Below, in pieces: positions 7,102 through 15,453 of a stretch of 32,000 bases of DNA. A model generated the notes under the pieces. It was not told where the DNA came from. It made no database searches and saw only the letters and a program-made list of their open reading frames with translations. Each line of letters opens with the position of its first letter. The first letter of the stretch is position 1. The position numbers and the translations under genes are program-made. Source of the stretch: Gemmata obscuriglobus (lineage in GTDB: Bacteria; Planctomycetota; Planctomycetia; Gemmatales; Gemmataceae); NCBI RefSeq assembly GCF_008065095.1, contig NZ_CP042911.1:4020001-4052000 (forward strand), in the 5' to 3' direction.

Positions 7102-9970
7102 GATTCGTCCGCTCGGCCTGGACCGCGAGCGCGAGCGGGTGTGCGACGAGTTCGACCTGCTCACGCACAGCGAGCGCGGCGGCGACCTGGTCACCGCCAG
7201 CGCCCGCGGGTTCCTGGTCGAAGGCGAGTTGACCGACGAGCACCGCGCGCGGCTTTTGAACGAGGTGCTCCTCGACCCGCTCGTGGAGAGTGGCGAGTTC
7301 GCCCCGGTCGGCACCCGCGCCGCCCACGCCTACACGGTGCTCCTCAAGCCCGGCGTGATGGAACCGGTCGCGCAAACGGTGCTCGAAGCGGTCCGGATGC
7401 TCGGCGTCCCCGTCACCGCGGTGCGCACGTTCCGCCGGTACTTCGGCCCACCGGAGCTGCCGTCGCTCGACCGCGACGTGCTGTTCCGCAAAGTGCTGGC
7501 GAACGACGCCATCGAGCAGATCGTTGTCGGGCCGGTCCAGGCCGCCCACCTCGCGCTGGGCAAGCCGTACCAGTTCAAACTGCTGACGGTGCCGCTCCGC
7601 GACCTGGACGACGCGGGCCTCGTGAAGCTGAGCAAGGACAACACGCTCGCGCTCTCGCTAGAAGAGATGCAGGTCGTCCAGTCGCACTTCCGCGACCTGG
7701 GTCGCGAGCCGACCGACGCGGAACTCGAAACGATCGCACAGACGTGGTCCGAGCACTGCTCCCACAAGACGCTGAAGGGGACGATCCACTTCACCGATCA
7801 CGCCACCGGGCAGAGCCGCACCTACAAGAACCTGCTCAAAGAGACGGTGTTCGGGGCGACACAAACCATCCGCGCCAAGCTCGGCGAGGACGACTGGTGC
7901 GTTAGCGTGTTCGCCGACAACGCCGGCGTGGTGAAGTTCGACGAGAACTTCCACATCGCGATCAAGGTGGAGACGCACAACCACCCGTCCGCGATCGAGC
8001 CCTACGGCGGCGCCAACACCGGGCTCGGCGGGGTGATCCGCGACCTCCTCGGCACCGGCCTGGGCGCGAAGCCCGTGTGCAACACGGATGTGTTCTGCTT
8101 CGCGCCGCCGGACTTCGAGCCGAACCAGCTCCCGGTGGGCGTGCTGCACCCGCGCCGCGTGATGCAGGGCGTGGTCGCGGGCGTGCGCGACTACGGCAAC
8201 CGGATGGGCATCCCCACCGTGAACGGGGCGATCCTGTTCGACGACCGCTACCTCGCGAACCCGCTCGTGTTCTGCGGCACGGTCGGCACGATCCCCACGG
8301 ATAAAGCGTTCAAGAAGGTACTCCCCGGCGACCTGATCGTCGCCGTCGGCGGGCGCACCGGGCGCGACGGCATCCACGGCGCCACCTTCTCCAGCCTGGA
8401 ACTCACGCACGAATCGGAAACGGTCAGCGGCGGCGCGGTGCAGATCGGCAACGCGATCACGGAAAAGAAGGTGCAGGACGTGATCCTGCAGGCCCGCGAC
8501 CTCGACCTGTTCACCGCGATCACCGATTGCGGGGCCGGCGGGTTCTCCTCGGCGGTCGGCGAGATGGGCGCGGAACTGGGCGCGACGGTGCAGCTCGAAA
8601 ACGCCCCGCTGAAGTACGACGGGCTCAGCTACACCGAGATCTGGATCTCGGAGTCTCAGGAGCGAATGGTGCTGTCGGTGCCGGCCGCGAAGTGGCCCGC
8701 CCTCAAGGCACTGTGCGCGTCCGAGGACGTGGAGGCGGCCGTCCTGGGCACCTTCGAGGCCAGCGGCCGGTTGAAGCTCACCTACCAAAACAACGTCGTC
8801 GCCGACCTCGACATGCACTTCCTGCACGAGGGGCGGCCGACGGTCGTGAAGAGCGCCGAGTGGGACCCGCCGATGTTCGCGATGGGCGCGCCGGCCGCGG
8901 TGCTGGAGCCGAAGCCCGCGCAGGACGTGCTCGTATCCATCCTGTCGCACTTCTCGGTCTGCTCGAAAGAGTGGGTGATCCGGCAGTACGACCACGAGGT
9001 GCAGGGCGGGAGCGTCATCAAGCCGCTCGTGGGCGTGCTGAACGACGGCCCGTCGGACGCTTCGGTGGTGATGCCGGTGCTCGGCACCTGGACCGGCGCG
9101 GCGGTGGGCTGCGGGATCAACCCGCGGTTCGCGGACCTCGACCCCTACGCCGCAGCCGGGTGCGCGATCGACGAGGCGGTGCGGAACGTGATCGCGGTCG
9201 GGGCCGACCCGCAGCGCGTCGCGATCCTGGACAACTTCTGCTGGGGGAACATCCACGACCCGAAGGTGCTCGGCGCGCTGGTCCGCACCGCGGAGGCGTG
9301 CCGCGACGTGGCGGTGGCTTACGGGACGCCGTTCATCAGCGGGAAGGACAGCCTCAACAACACCTACAAGGGCAAGAACGACGAGCGGCTGAACATCCCC
9401 CACACGCTGCTCGTAACGGCACTGGGGCGCGTGGACGATGTGCGCCAGTGCGTGACGATGGACATCAAGGAAGCGGGCAACGCGCTGTACCTGGTGGGGG
9501 CGACTAAGAACGAGCTGGGCGGGTCGCACTTCGAGCTAGTCACCGGCCGCACCGGCGGGGCGGTTCCGACGGTCGATGCCGTTCAGGCGCCGAAGCTGTT
9601 CCTGGCGGTCCACGCCGCAATCGGTCAGGGGCTGGTGCGGGCGTGCCACGACCTCAGCGAGGGCGGGTTCGCGGTCGCGGTGGCCGAAATGTGCTTCGCG
9701 GGCGGGATCGGGGCCGATGTCACGTCCCTGCCGGGGGACTTGCCGGACGAGGCCAAGCTGTTCAGCGAATCGCCGACGCGGTTCGTCGTCGAGGTGAAGC
9801 CGGAGCACGCGGCGGCGTTCGAACACTGTTTCGCGGGTTTGCCGGTTGCGCGGGTGGGGACTACCGTTTCCGAGCCGCGGTTGCGCATCGCCGGCGCCAA
9901 CGCCGAATGGCTCGTCTGGGTTAAACTGGCGACCCTCAAGGAGGCGTGGCAGAAACCGCTCCGCTGGTGA
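7085..9970 (+). CDS. purL: Phosphoribosylformylglycinamidine synthase subunit PurL, long form with about 220-aa N-terminal (PurS/linker-like) extension
   Basis: ATG at 7085 verified. Diagnostic motifs are AQTWSEHCSHKT, VETHNHPSAIEPYGGANTGLGGVIRD, SGKDSLNN and CHDLSEGG. At 961 aa it is about 220 aa longer than typical stand-alone PurL. Confidence 0.93.
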   Translation: MLWELEIRPLGLDRERERVCDEFDLLTHSERGGDLVTASARGFLVEGELTDEHRARLLNEVLLDPLVESGEFAPVGTRAAHAYTVLLKPGVMEPVAQTVLEAVRMLGVPVTAVRTFRRYFGPPELPSLDRDVLFRKVLANDAIEQIVVGPVQAAHLALGKPYQFKLLTVPLRDLDDAGLVKLSKDNTLALSLEEMQVVQSHFRDLGREPTDAELETIAQTWSEHCSHKTLKGTIHFTDHATGQSRTYKNLLKETVFGATQTIRAKLGEDDWCVSVFADNAGVVKFDENFHIAIKVETHNHPSAIEPYGGANTGLGGVIRDLLGTGLGAKPVCNTDVFCFAPPDFEPNQLPVGVLHPRRVMQGVVAGVRDYGNRMGIPTVNGAILFDDRYLANPLVFCGTVGTIPTDKAFKKVLPGDLIVAVGGRTGRDGIHGATFSSLELTHESETVSGGAVQIGNAITEKKVQDVILQARDLDLFTAITDCGAGGFSSAVGEMGAELGATVQLENAPLKYDGLSYTEIWISESQERMVLSVPAAKWPALKALCASEDVEAAVLGTFEASGRLKLTYQNNVVADLDMHFLHEGRPTVVKSAEWDPPMFAMGAPAAVLEPKPAQDVLVSILSHFSVCSKEWVIRQYDHEVQGGSVIKPLVGVLNDGPSDASVVMPVLGTWTGAAVGCGINPRFADLDPYAAAGCAIDEAVRNVIAVGADPQRVAILDNFCWGNIHDPKVLGALVRTAEACRDVAVAYGTPFISGKDSLNNTYKGKNDERLNIPHTLLVTALGRVDDVRQCVTMDIKEAGNALYLVGATKNELGGSHFELVTGRTGGAVPTVDAVQAPKLFLAVHAAIGQGLVRACHDLSEGGFAVAVAEMCFAGGIGADVTSLPGDLPDEAKLFSESPTRFVVEVKPEHAAAFEHCFAGLPVARVGTTVSEPRLRIAGANAEWLVWVKLATLKEAWQKPLRW

Positions 9971-9974
9971 GGGG

Positions 9975-9980
9975 TATAAT
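9975..9980 (+). promoter_or_regulatory. Candidate -10 box (TATAAT) for the DUF4159 gene
   Basis: A perfect TATAAT sits at 9975-9980, 5 nt after the purL stop. GGAGGA at 10025-10030 lies 7 nt before the ATG at 10038. The -35 region is weak. Confidence 0.3.
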
Positions 9981-10037
9981 GGCGGACGACGGCGTCCGGC
10001 GCTCTGGAGCCCGGACGCTTCCGCGGAGGATCGCGAC

Positions 10038-12623
10038 ATGACCCGTTCGCTGCTGGTTGCCGCCTTCGCACTGTGTGCCGGCGTCGGGCTCGTCCCCGCG
10101 CCGCCGGTGGCGGCGCAACCGGCCCCCGCGCCCGGCGGCGGCGACGGTGAACTCGTCAACAAAGTCAAGGACGCCATCGATCGCGGGGTCACGTACCTCC
10201 GAAAGAATCAGGCCAAGGACGGGAGCTGGGAAGGGAGCTTCTTCCTCAAATCACTCGCGGACATGGACGGCGGCCCGACCGCTCTCGCGGTGCTGGCGCT
10301 GCTCAACTCCGGCGTGCCTGTCGACGACCCCGCCGTAAAAAGTGGCATCGAATACCTGCGCAAGCGGACCCCGCGCAAAACCTACGCGGTCGCACTCCAG
10401 ACGATGGCGCTGTCCGAGGCCCAACTCCTCTCGCGTGACAAGAAAGACCAGTCGAAGATTAACGCGAACGCCGAGTGGCTCGCGCGGATCGCGATCCGCA
10501 GCGGGGGCAAGCTTCAGGGCTGGAGCTACCCCACGAGCCCGGAATCCTCAGTGGGCGAAATCGCCGACAACTCGAACACCCAGTACGCGCTGCTGGGGCT
10601 GTACGCCGCGAAGGTCGCGGGCGTCAAAATCGAGGACTCGCTCTGGAAGGAGATCCAGGACTTCTACACCCGCACGCAGAAGCCCGACCAGGGCAACCAG
10701 AAGGCCGGGTTCTGGGTGTACAGCACCCTCGACCAGAACAAGCCGAGCTTCACCATGAGCGTGGGCGGCGCGTGCGGCCTGATCATTGCTAACTTGGGGC
10801 TCGACAAGAGCGAGCAGCAGTTGAACCCGGGCACCGGGGTGGCCGCGCGGTGCGGGGTCTACTCCGACAGCGACGCGCTCGCCAAGGGGATGAACTACAT
10901 CGGGACCAACTTCGCGTTCGATCAGGGCATGTCGTACTTCTACAACTATTACGGCATCGAACGGCTGGGGCGGCTGTCCGGGCAGCGGTTCATCGGGCGG
11001 ATGGACTGGTACCGGGAGGGGTGCGTGCGGCTGCTCCGGCTCCAGCAGCCCGACGGCTCGTTCACGTACACGGCCGACACCTCGGGGCTCGACAAGCTCT
11101 ACCCGGTCGTCACCTCGGCGTTCGCGCTCCTCTACCTCTCGAAGGGCCGCACGCCGGTGCTCGTCAGCAAGTTCGCGTGGGGCAACTTCGTTCGCGGCGA
11201 GGTGGGCAAAAACGACCAGGCGATCCTCGCCGAGCGCGACCCGGGCGGGAACCCCACGAACACGCCGAACTGGAACCGCAAGCACAACGACTGCCGCAAC
11301 GTCGTCGAGTTCGCACAGCGGGAGATCTTCGAGGGGGCGCCGCTGTCGTGGCAGGTGTACGACATGCGCCTGCAGAACCTGGGCTCACAGGACCGGATCG
11401 ATTCTGAGGTGGGGCTGCTGCTCCAGTCCCCGCTGGTGTACCTGAACGGCCACGGGCCGATGCCGTTCGTGACGCGCTCGACCGACCCGGACCTCCACGT
11501 CGCCGAGCAGATCCTCAAGCGGTACGTGGAAGAGGGCGGGTTCCTGTTCGCGGAGGCGTGCTGCGGCGACCGGGACTTCGCGTCCTCGTTCGAGAGCCTC
11601 GTGGACCGCATCTTCCCGGGCAGCCAGTTGAAGAAGGTGCCGCCGGAGCACGCCATCTGGCAGATGTTCCCCGGCATCTCGCCCGCGGACTTCCCGGACC
11701 TGATGTACCTCGACCGCGGTTGCCGCACGGTGGCGGTGTTCAGCCCGAGCCCGCTGGCGGGGTACTGGGAGGAGCGGCGGTTCATACCCGCGGACGGCCG
11801 CGACCCGAAGAACCGGGGCGAAAAGGCGTTCTGCCTCGCGCGGAACGTGATCGCCTACGCCACCGGGATGGAGCTTCCGAAGCCGAAGCTCACCAAGACC
11901 GCGATCGTCACTCCGGACAAGGGCATCGCGCGGAGCAAGTTCCGGGCGCTGCAACTGAAGTACGTCAGCGACGCGAGCGTCCAGCAGCCGCCGGCCTCGG
12001 ACGCGCTGCGGAACCTGATGTCCTACCTCGGGCAGAACGCGAAGCTGGACGTGGCGCTGACGAGCGAGGTGCTCCAGCCGTCGGACCCGAAGCTGATGCG
12101 GTACAAGTTCATGTACCTGCACGGGCGGAAGCCGATCCAGTTCACGCCCGACGAGGCGGACAACGTGAAGGTGAACCTCCAGACCGGCGGGCTGCTGCTG
12201 GTGGACGCCGCGTGCAACGACATCAAGCAGTGGCGGGCGTTCGACAAGTCGTTCCGCGATTCGATGGCCAAAATGTTCCCGGACCAGAAGCTCACGACCA
12301 TTCCGTTCGCGAACGAGCCGCTGTTCGATTTGGCGAAGCAAGCGGGTCTGAACCTGGGGAGCGTAAAGTGCCGCCGCGAGAACGCAGAGGGCACGGGCGC
12401 CGAGCGGGAGCTGCGCAACTACCCGGTGCTGCTCGAGGGCATCAAGATCGACGAGCAGATCGTGGACGGGAAGAAGGTGGGCGGCCGGTGGGCGGTGATT
12501 TACAGCAAGTACGACATCGGCTGCGCGATCGAGGGGCACAAGTCCGCGGAGTGCCTCGGGCACGATAAGGAGAGCGCCCTCCGCATCGCCAGCGCGGTCG
12601 CGCTGTACTCTCTGCGGCGGTAG
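10038..12623 (+). CDS. Secreted protein with N-terminal prenyltransferase/squalene-cyclase-like repeats and C-terminal DUF4159 domain
   Basis: ATG at 10038 verified, with an SD upstream. Signal peptide MTRSLLVAAFALCAGVGLVPAPPVAAQ. Repeats: YLRKNQAKDGSWEGS, GPTALAVLALLNSGVPVDDPAVKSGIEYL and LLRLQQPDGSF. C-terminal half: LVYLNGHGPMPF...ILKRYVEEGGFLFAEACCGD...FMYLHGRKPIQFT...LQTGGLLLVDAAC, typical of DUF4159. Confidence 0.8.
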   Translation: MTRSLLVAAFALCAGVGLVPAPPVAAQPAPAPGGGDGELVNKVKDAIDRGVTYLRKNQAKDGSWEGSFFLKSLADMDGGPTALAVLALLNSGVPVDDPAVKSGIEYLRKRTPRKTYAVALQTMALSEAQLLSRDKKDQSKINANAEWLARIAIRSGGKLQGWSYPTSPESSVGEIADNSNTQYALLGLYAAKVAGVKIEDSLWKEIQDFYTRTQKPDQGNQKAGFWVYSTLDQNKPSFTMSVGGACGLIIANLGLDKSEQQLNPGTGVAARCGVYSDSDALAKGMNYIGTNFAFDQGMSYFYNYYGIERLGRLSGQRFIGRMDWYREGCVRLLRLQQPDGSFTYTADTSGLDKLYPVVTSAFALLYLSKGRTPVLVSKFAWGNFVRGEVGKNDQAILAERDPGGNPTNTPNWNRKHNDCRNVVEFAQREIFEGAPLSWQVYDMRLQNLGSQDRIDSEVGLLLQSPLVYLNGHGPMPFVTRSTDPDLHVAEQILKRYVEEGGFLFAEACCGDRDFASSFESLVDRIFPGSQLKKVPPEHAIWQMFPGISPADFPDLMYLDRGCRTVAVFSPSPLAGYWEERRFIPADGRDPKNRGEKAFCLARNVIAYATGMELPKPKLTKTAIVTPDKGIARSKFRALQLKYVSDASVQQPPASDALRNLMSYLGQNAKLDVALTSEVLQPSDPKLMRYKFMYLHGRKPIQFTPDEADNVKVNLQTGGLLLVDAACNDIKQWRAFDKSFRDSMAKMFPDQKLTTIPFANEPLFDLAKQAGLNLGSVKCRRENAEGTGAERELRNYPVLLEGIKIDEQIVDGKKVGGRWAVIYSKYDIGCAIEGHKSAECLGHDKESALRIASAVALYSLRR

Positions 12624-12737
12624 AGCGCGTTATGGCTTTGGAGAGGCGTCTCAGGTGGGGAACGGCACACAAGCACGTTGAAGATCGTTGTCGTTTGCCG
12701 GTTGTTTATCGTCGAATGACGGTACGGGGTGGTGGTA

Positions 12738-13208
12738 CTAAGTGACCGAGCGAGTGTGCCTACCACGCCCCTGTTTGCGGATGAAAGCCGGGAACCTTCC
12801 AAGGGCGAGGGCAATATTGCCGCCGACAAGCCACGCCCACGCCACAATGGGGAAAACATATCGCATCGCTCCCAGGTCGGAGGCGGGCAAGCAGAGCATA
12901 ACGGCAAGGAATCCGGCGCCGAAGGTCGCGAAGACGACTACCTCCAGGAAGGTAATATCGTAGTGGACCCGAACACAGTCCGGTCCGGCTTCGGCACTGA
13001 GCCGCCCCCAACTGATGGGCACGAGAAGGTTCCAGTTAGACACGAACCGGAAGAACCCTCCCTCGAAGGTGATGCATCCAGGCTCGCGCCGTAATGCGCG
13101 GGCAGACTGCTCGGCAAGACCCGCGGCGAGTCGGTCAAGAACCTGCTCGGGATTTCCCCCAGCTTCTGGCGAAAGGATAACTGTCCCGCGCCAACTTAGT
13201 GGTAGCAT
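12738..13208 (-). CDS. Hypothetical small membrane protein (soluble N-domain plus two TM helices)
   Basis: The ATG at 13208 has GGAGGA 5 nt upstream; the track start at 13223 is TTG. Predicted TM segments are FLEVVVFATFGAGFLAVMLCL and YVFPIVAWAWLVGGNIALALG. The region is visibly AT-richer than its neighbours. I recognise no family. Confidence 0.5.
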   Translation of the reverse strand: MLPLSWRGTVILSPEAGGNPEQVLDRLAAGLAEQSARALRREPGCITFEGGFFRFVSNWNLLVPISWGRLSAEAGPDCVRVHYDITFLEVVVFATFGAGFLAVMLCLPASDLGAMRYVFPIVAWAWLVGGNIALALGRFPAFIRKQGRGRHTRSVT

Positions 13209-13315
13209 TCGTTTCCTCCACAAATTCGGTCTTCAAAACCATACAGACGGAGATGCCTGTACCGCAAAGGCACAAAATCGTGTAAGCCGACACTGCAACC
13301 GCTCCGGCTTCTTCG

Positions 13316-14461
13316 TCATCCGCGGGCCGGTTCTGAAAAGCGTCCGGCGCGGAACAACGTGATGTCGTGTTTCGTGCAACCGGTCTGTGCTAGATCGGCA
13401 AGCACCTCGCCGACCGCGCTGGCGAACTTGAACCCGTGCCCCGAGAACCCGCACGCGACAACTACGTGCGGGGAATCGGGGTGCGTGTCGATCACAAAGT
13501 GCCGATCCGGTGTGACCGTGTACATGCACACCTGCCCCTTCTTCAGTGTGCCGAGTCCCGGTAAGAACTCGTCGATCAGCGGGCGCAGTGCCGACACGTC
13601 TGCGTCTGCCAGGTTCCAGTCCACGCCGTCCGGGTTGGGGAGTTCGGGCGCTCCGTAGTGTCGGGCCACCTTGAGCCCGTTCGGGTCGATTGCGGGGAGG
13701 CCGTAAAACGGCGCGCCGGGAACGTCCGCGATGAAAAGTGGGAACGTGTCGCGCCGGAAGAGGGGCGCTCGCGAGCCGATGTCGAACCACAAAAGTGTCT
13801 GACGCATAACGCGCAGAGGAACCCCGATGTCCGCGAGCAGTTTTGTGGCCCACGCGCCCGCCGTCACGATCAGCTTTGCCGCATGGTAAGTGCCCCGGTC
13901 CGTCGTCACTTCAATGCCGCTGCCGGTGACTTTCCACGCACGAACGGGCTCTTCGGCGCGGATCTCGGCACCGCATTCCACGGCCATGTCGAGGTGAGCG
14001 CGCACGCACTCCTCGACGTACAAGAAGCCCGCGGCCCGTTCGACCACGCCGCGGTACTCGGCCGGGAACCGGAACGCCGGGTAGCGGCGGTTAATCTCGG
14101 CGCCGTTTAGCTCCTCGGCGACGAGGTTGTGCGTCCGCACGGAGGCGCGCACGCCCTCAACGTGTTCGCTCCCCGGCGGGCCGGCGTTCAGGCACTCGCA
14201 CTCCGTCAGCAGGTGCTGCTCGGTGAGTTGCTCCAGTTCGTACCACCGCTCGAACGCCCGCCGCGCGAGCGGCACGTAGGCCGGGTGCTCGGCGTAGGCG
14301 GTGCGGATGATGCGCGTGTGTCCGTGCGAACTGCCGCGGTCGTGGACAAGCGCGAACTGCTCCAACCCGAGCACCTTGAGCCCGCGCCGGGCCAACTCGA
14401 AGCACGCGGCCGATCCCATGCCGCCGGCACCGAGCACGATCACGTCGAACGATTGCGACAC
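13316..14461 (-). CDS. solA: FAD-dependent N-methyl-L-tryptophan oxidase / monomeric sarcosine oxidase family protein
   Basis: GTG start at 14461. FAD fold [23 protein letters not shown], then [14 protein letters not shown]. Covalent-flavin Cys context [17 protein letters not shown]. C-terminus [20 protein letters not shown] aligns with E. coli SolA ([20 protein letters not shown]). Confidence 0.85.
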   Translation of the reverse strand: [381 protein letters not shown]

Positions 14462-14467
14462 GGGCGG

Positions 14468-14832
14468 CTACCTTTCTTTGTGAACCCACGCACGGAGTTG
14501 TGCGAGTCGCGTGGCGTCATATTTGGCCGCGCCGGCGGCTTTCAGCGCCACGGCGATCGCGGTTCGCAGGTGAGGGATGGCATCCCCTTCTGCACACCGG
14601 TGAGCGCGCTCGCGAGCCAGTTGGCGGCAGTGCCAGGCGTATCAGGGAACTTCTGCTCCAACACCGCGGCGTGCGCGAGGATAATGCTCGCGACTGATTT
14701 CATCCGCGCCTGATCGGCGCGAACCGCCTCGCCGAGTGCGGTCGCGGCCTTCGCGTCATCTCTCAGACCCAGATATGCGAGCGCCAGCGCCTCACGTGCA
14801 TCGGCCCGTCTGTCAATCGTTAGCCCATTCGC
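14468..14832 (-). pseudogene. 5'-truncated, frameshifted remnant of a helical-repeat (TPR-like) gene that once preceded solA
   Basis: The minus-strand translation starts right after a stop with no start codon: NGLTIDRRADAREALALAYLGLRDDAKAATALGEAVRADQARMKSVASIILAHAAVLEQKFPDTPGTAANWLASALTGVQKG. After a frameshift it reads DAIPHLRTAIAVALKAAGAAKYDATRLAQLRAWVHKER*. The TAG stop lies 6 nt before the solA GTG. Confidence 0.55.
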
Positions 14833-14968
14833 TCAGTGAACTATCGACATGCTGCACTCCACAACGGTTGGCCGCGGAACGGAATCGCGTCCGTGGGCCT
14901 TTTGATCGGGGCGGCGCTGGCCTCGGCGTGTGCAGGTGCCGCTGTCGCCGGGCTCATCTCCGTCGGTT

Positions 14969-15096
14969 TAGTACTGCAGAGCAGGGTTGGCGCAAGTGGT
15001 GATTCTTCAGGCCCTGTGCCCACGAAGAATCAGAACTTACGACCGCAACTGCGGCCATGAAATAAGGACTTACGGCGATCCTGCGCTGCAGTATTA
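14969..15096. repeat. 128-bp MITE-like element with 17-bp imperfect terminal inverted repeats (copy 1, complete)
   Basis: TIRs are tagtactgcagagcagg (14969-14985) and cctgcgctgcagtatta (15080-15096), complementary at 15 of 17 positions. The first 108 bp (14969-15076) recur at 24860-24967 in direct orientation with 101 of 108 identical. There is an internal 9-bp-stem hairpin, tgattcttc...gaagaatca. Confidence 0.6.
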
Positions 15097-15160
15097 ATAG
15101 GACTCGGCAGTGGCCTCTCAAGGTGCGGCCCGCGCGCCTCATACACGTACCCGGTAATAT

Positions 15161-15247
15161 TGTCGCTTTCTTGACGAGCCGCGACCGCCCGGGAGCGGTG
15201 CCACGTATCCCGCTCCCGGGCGGTCGCGGCTCGTCAAGAAAGCGACA
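15161..15247. repeat. Perfect 38-bp-arm inverted repeat (87-bp hairpin or cruciform, 11-nt spacer)
   Basis: The left arm tgtcgctttcttgacgagccgcgaccgcccgggagcgg (15161-15198) is the exact reverse complement of ccgctcccgggcggtcgcggctcgtcaagaaagcgaca (15210-15247). The spacer is tgccacgtatc. It lies 64 bp right of the MITE-like element and about 200 bp left of the IS1-like pseudogene. Confidence 0.9.
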
Positions 15248-15453
15248 CCGCGGGTGGGTTCATGTATCAGAGTTCCATCGTGTGTGGCTTGCGTTCGCTC
15301 TTGGCGGTGGGGCCATCGTTGCATTACCCGGCACCGCGGCGGTTTCGGCGCCTCCCAAGTGTTCGGCTCGCGCTGCTGGCTTGTGGCGGTGGTGGTGGTC
15401 GTTGGGGCCGCCGCCGTCGCGCTGGCGTTCTACGCGGGCCGGGTCCTTCTTTG

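Noticed and set aside
6184-7314. A 377-aa N-terminal extension of the DUF1501 ORF (track ORF 4801-7314), and similarly the 9846 start of the DUF4159 ORF and the 2316 start of the sigma ORF.
   Set aside because: The extensions run antisense through tyrA or overlap purL and have no family similarity. The internal ATGs at 6183, 10038 and 2424 give canonical Tat-signal, signal-peptide and sigma-2 N-termini, with SD-like sequences for the first two.
14841-15142. ORFs inside the MITE-like repeat: MGTGPEESP[L/V]APTL[L/R]CST... (GTG start, present in both copies) and MAAVAVVSSDSSW....
   Set aside because: In the MAAV frame all 7 inter-copy differences are non-synonymous. The MGTG frame opens only 2 codons after a stop and needs a GTG start without an SD. 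It then diverges completely outside the repeat, and in copy 2 it would overlap recQ out of frame. The shared stretch of 18 codons is too short to infer selection.
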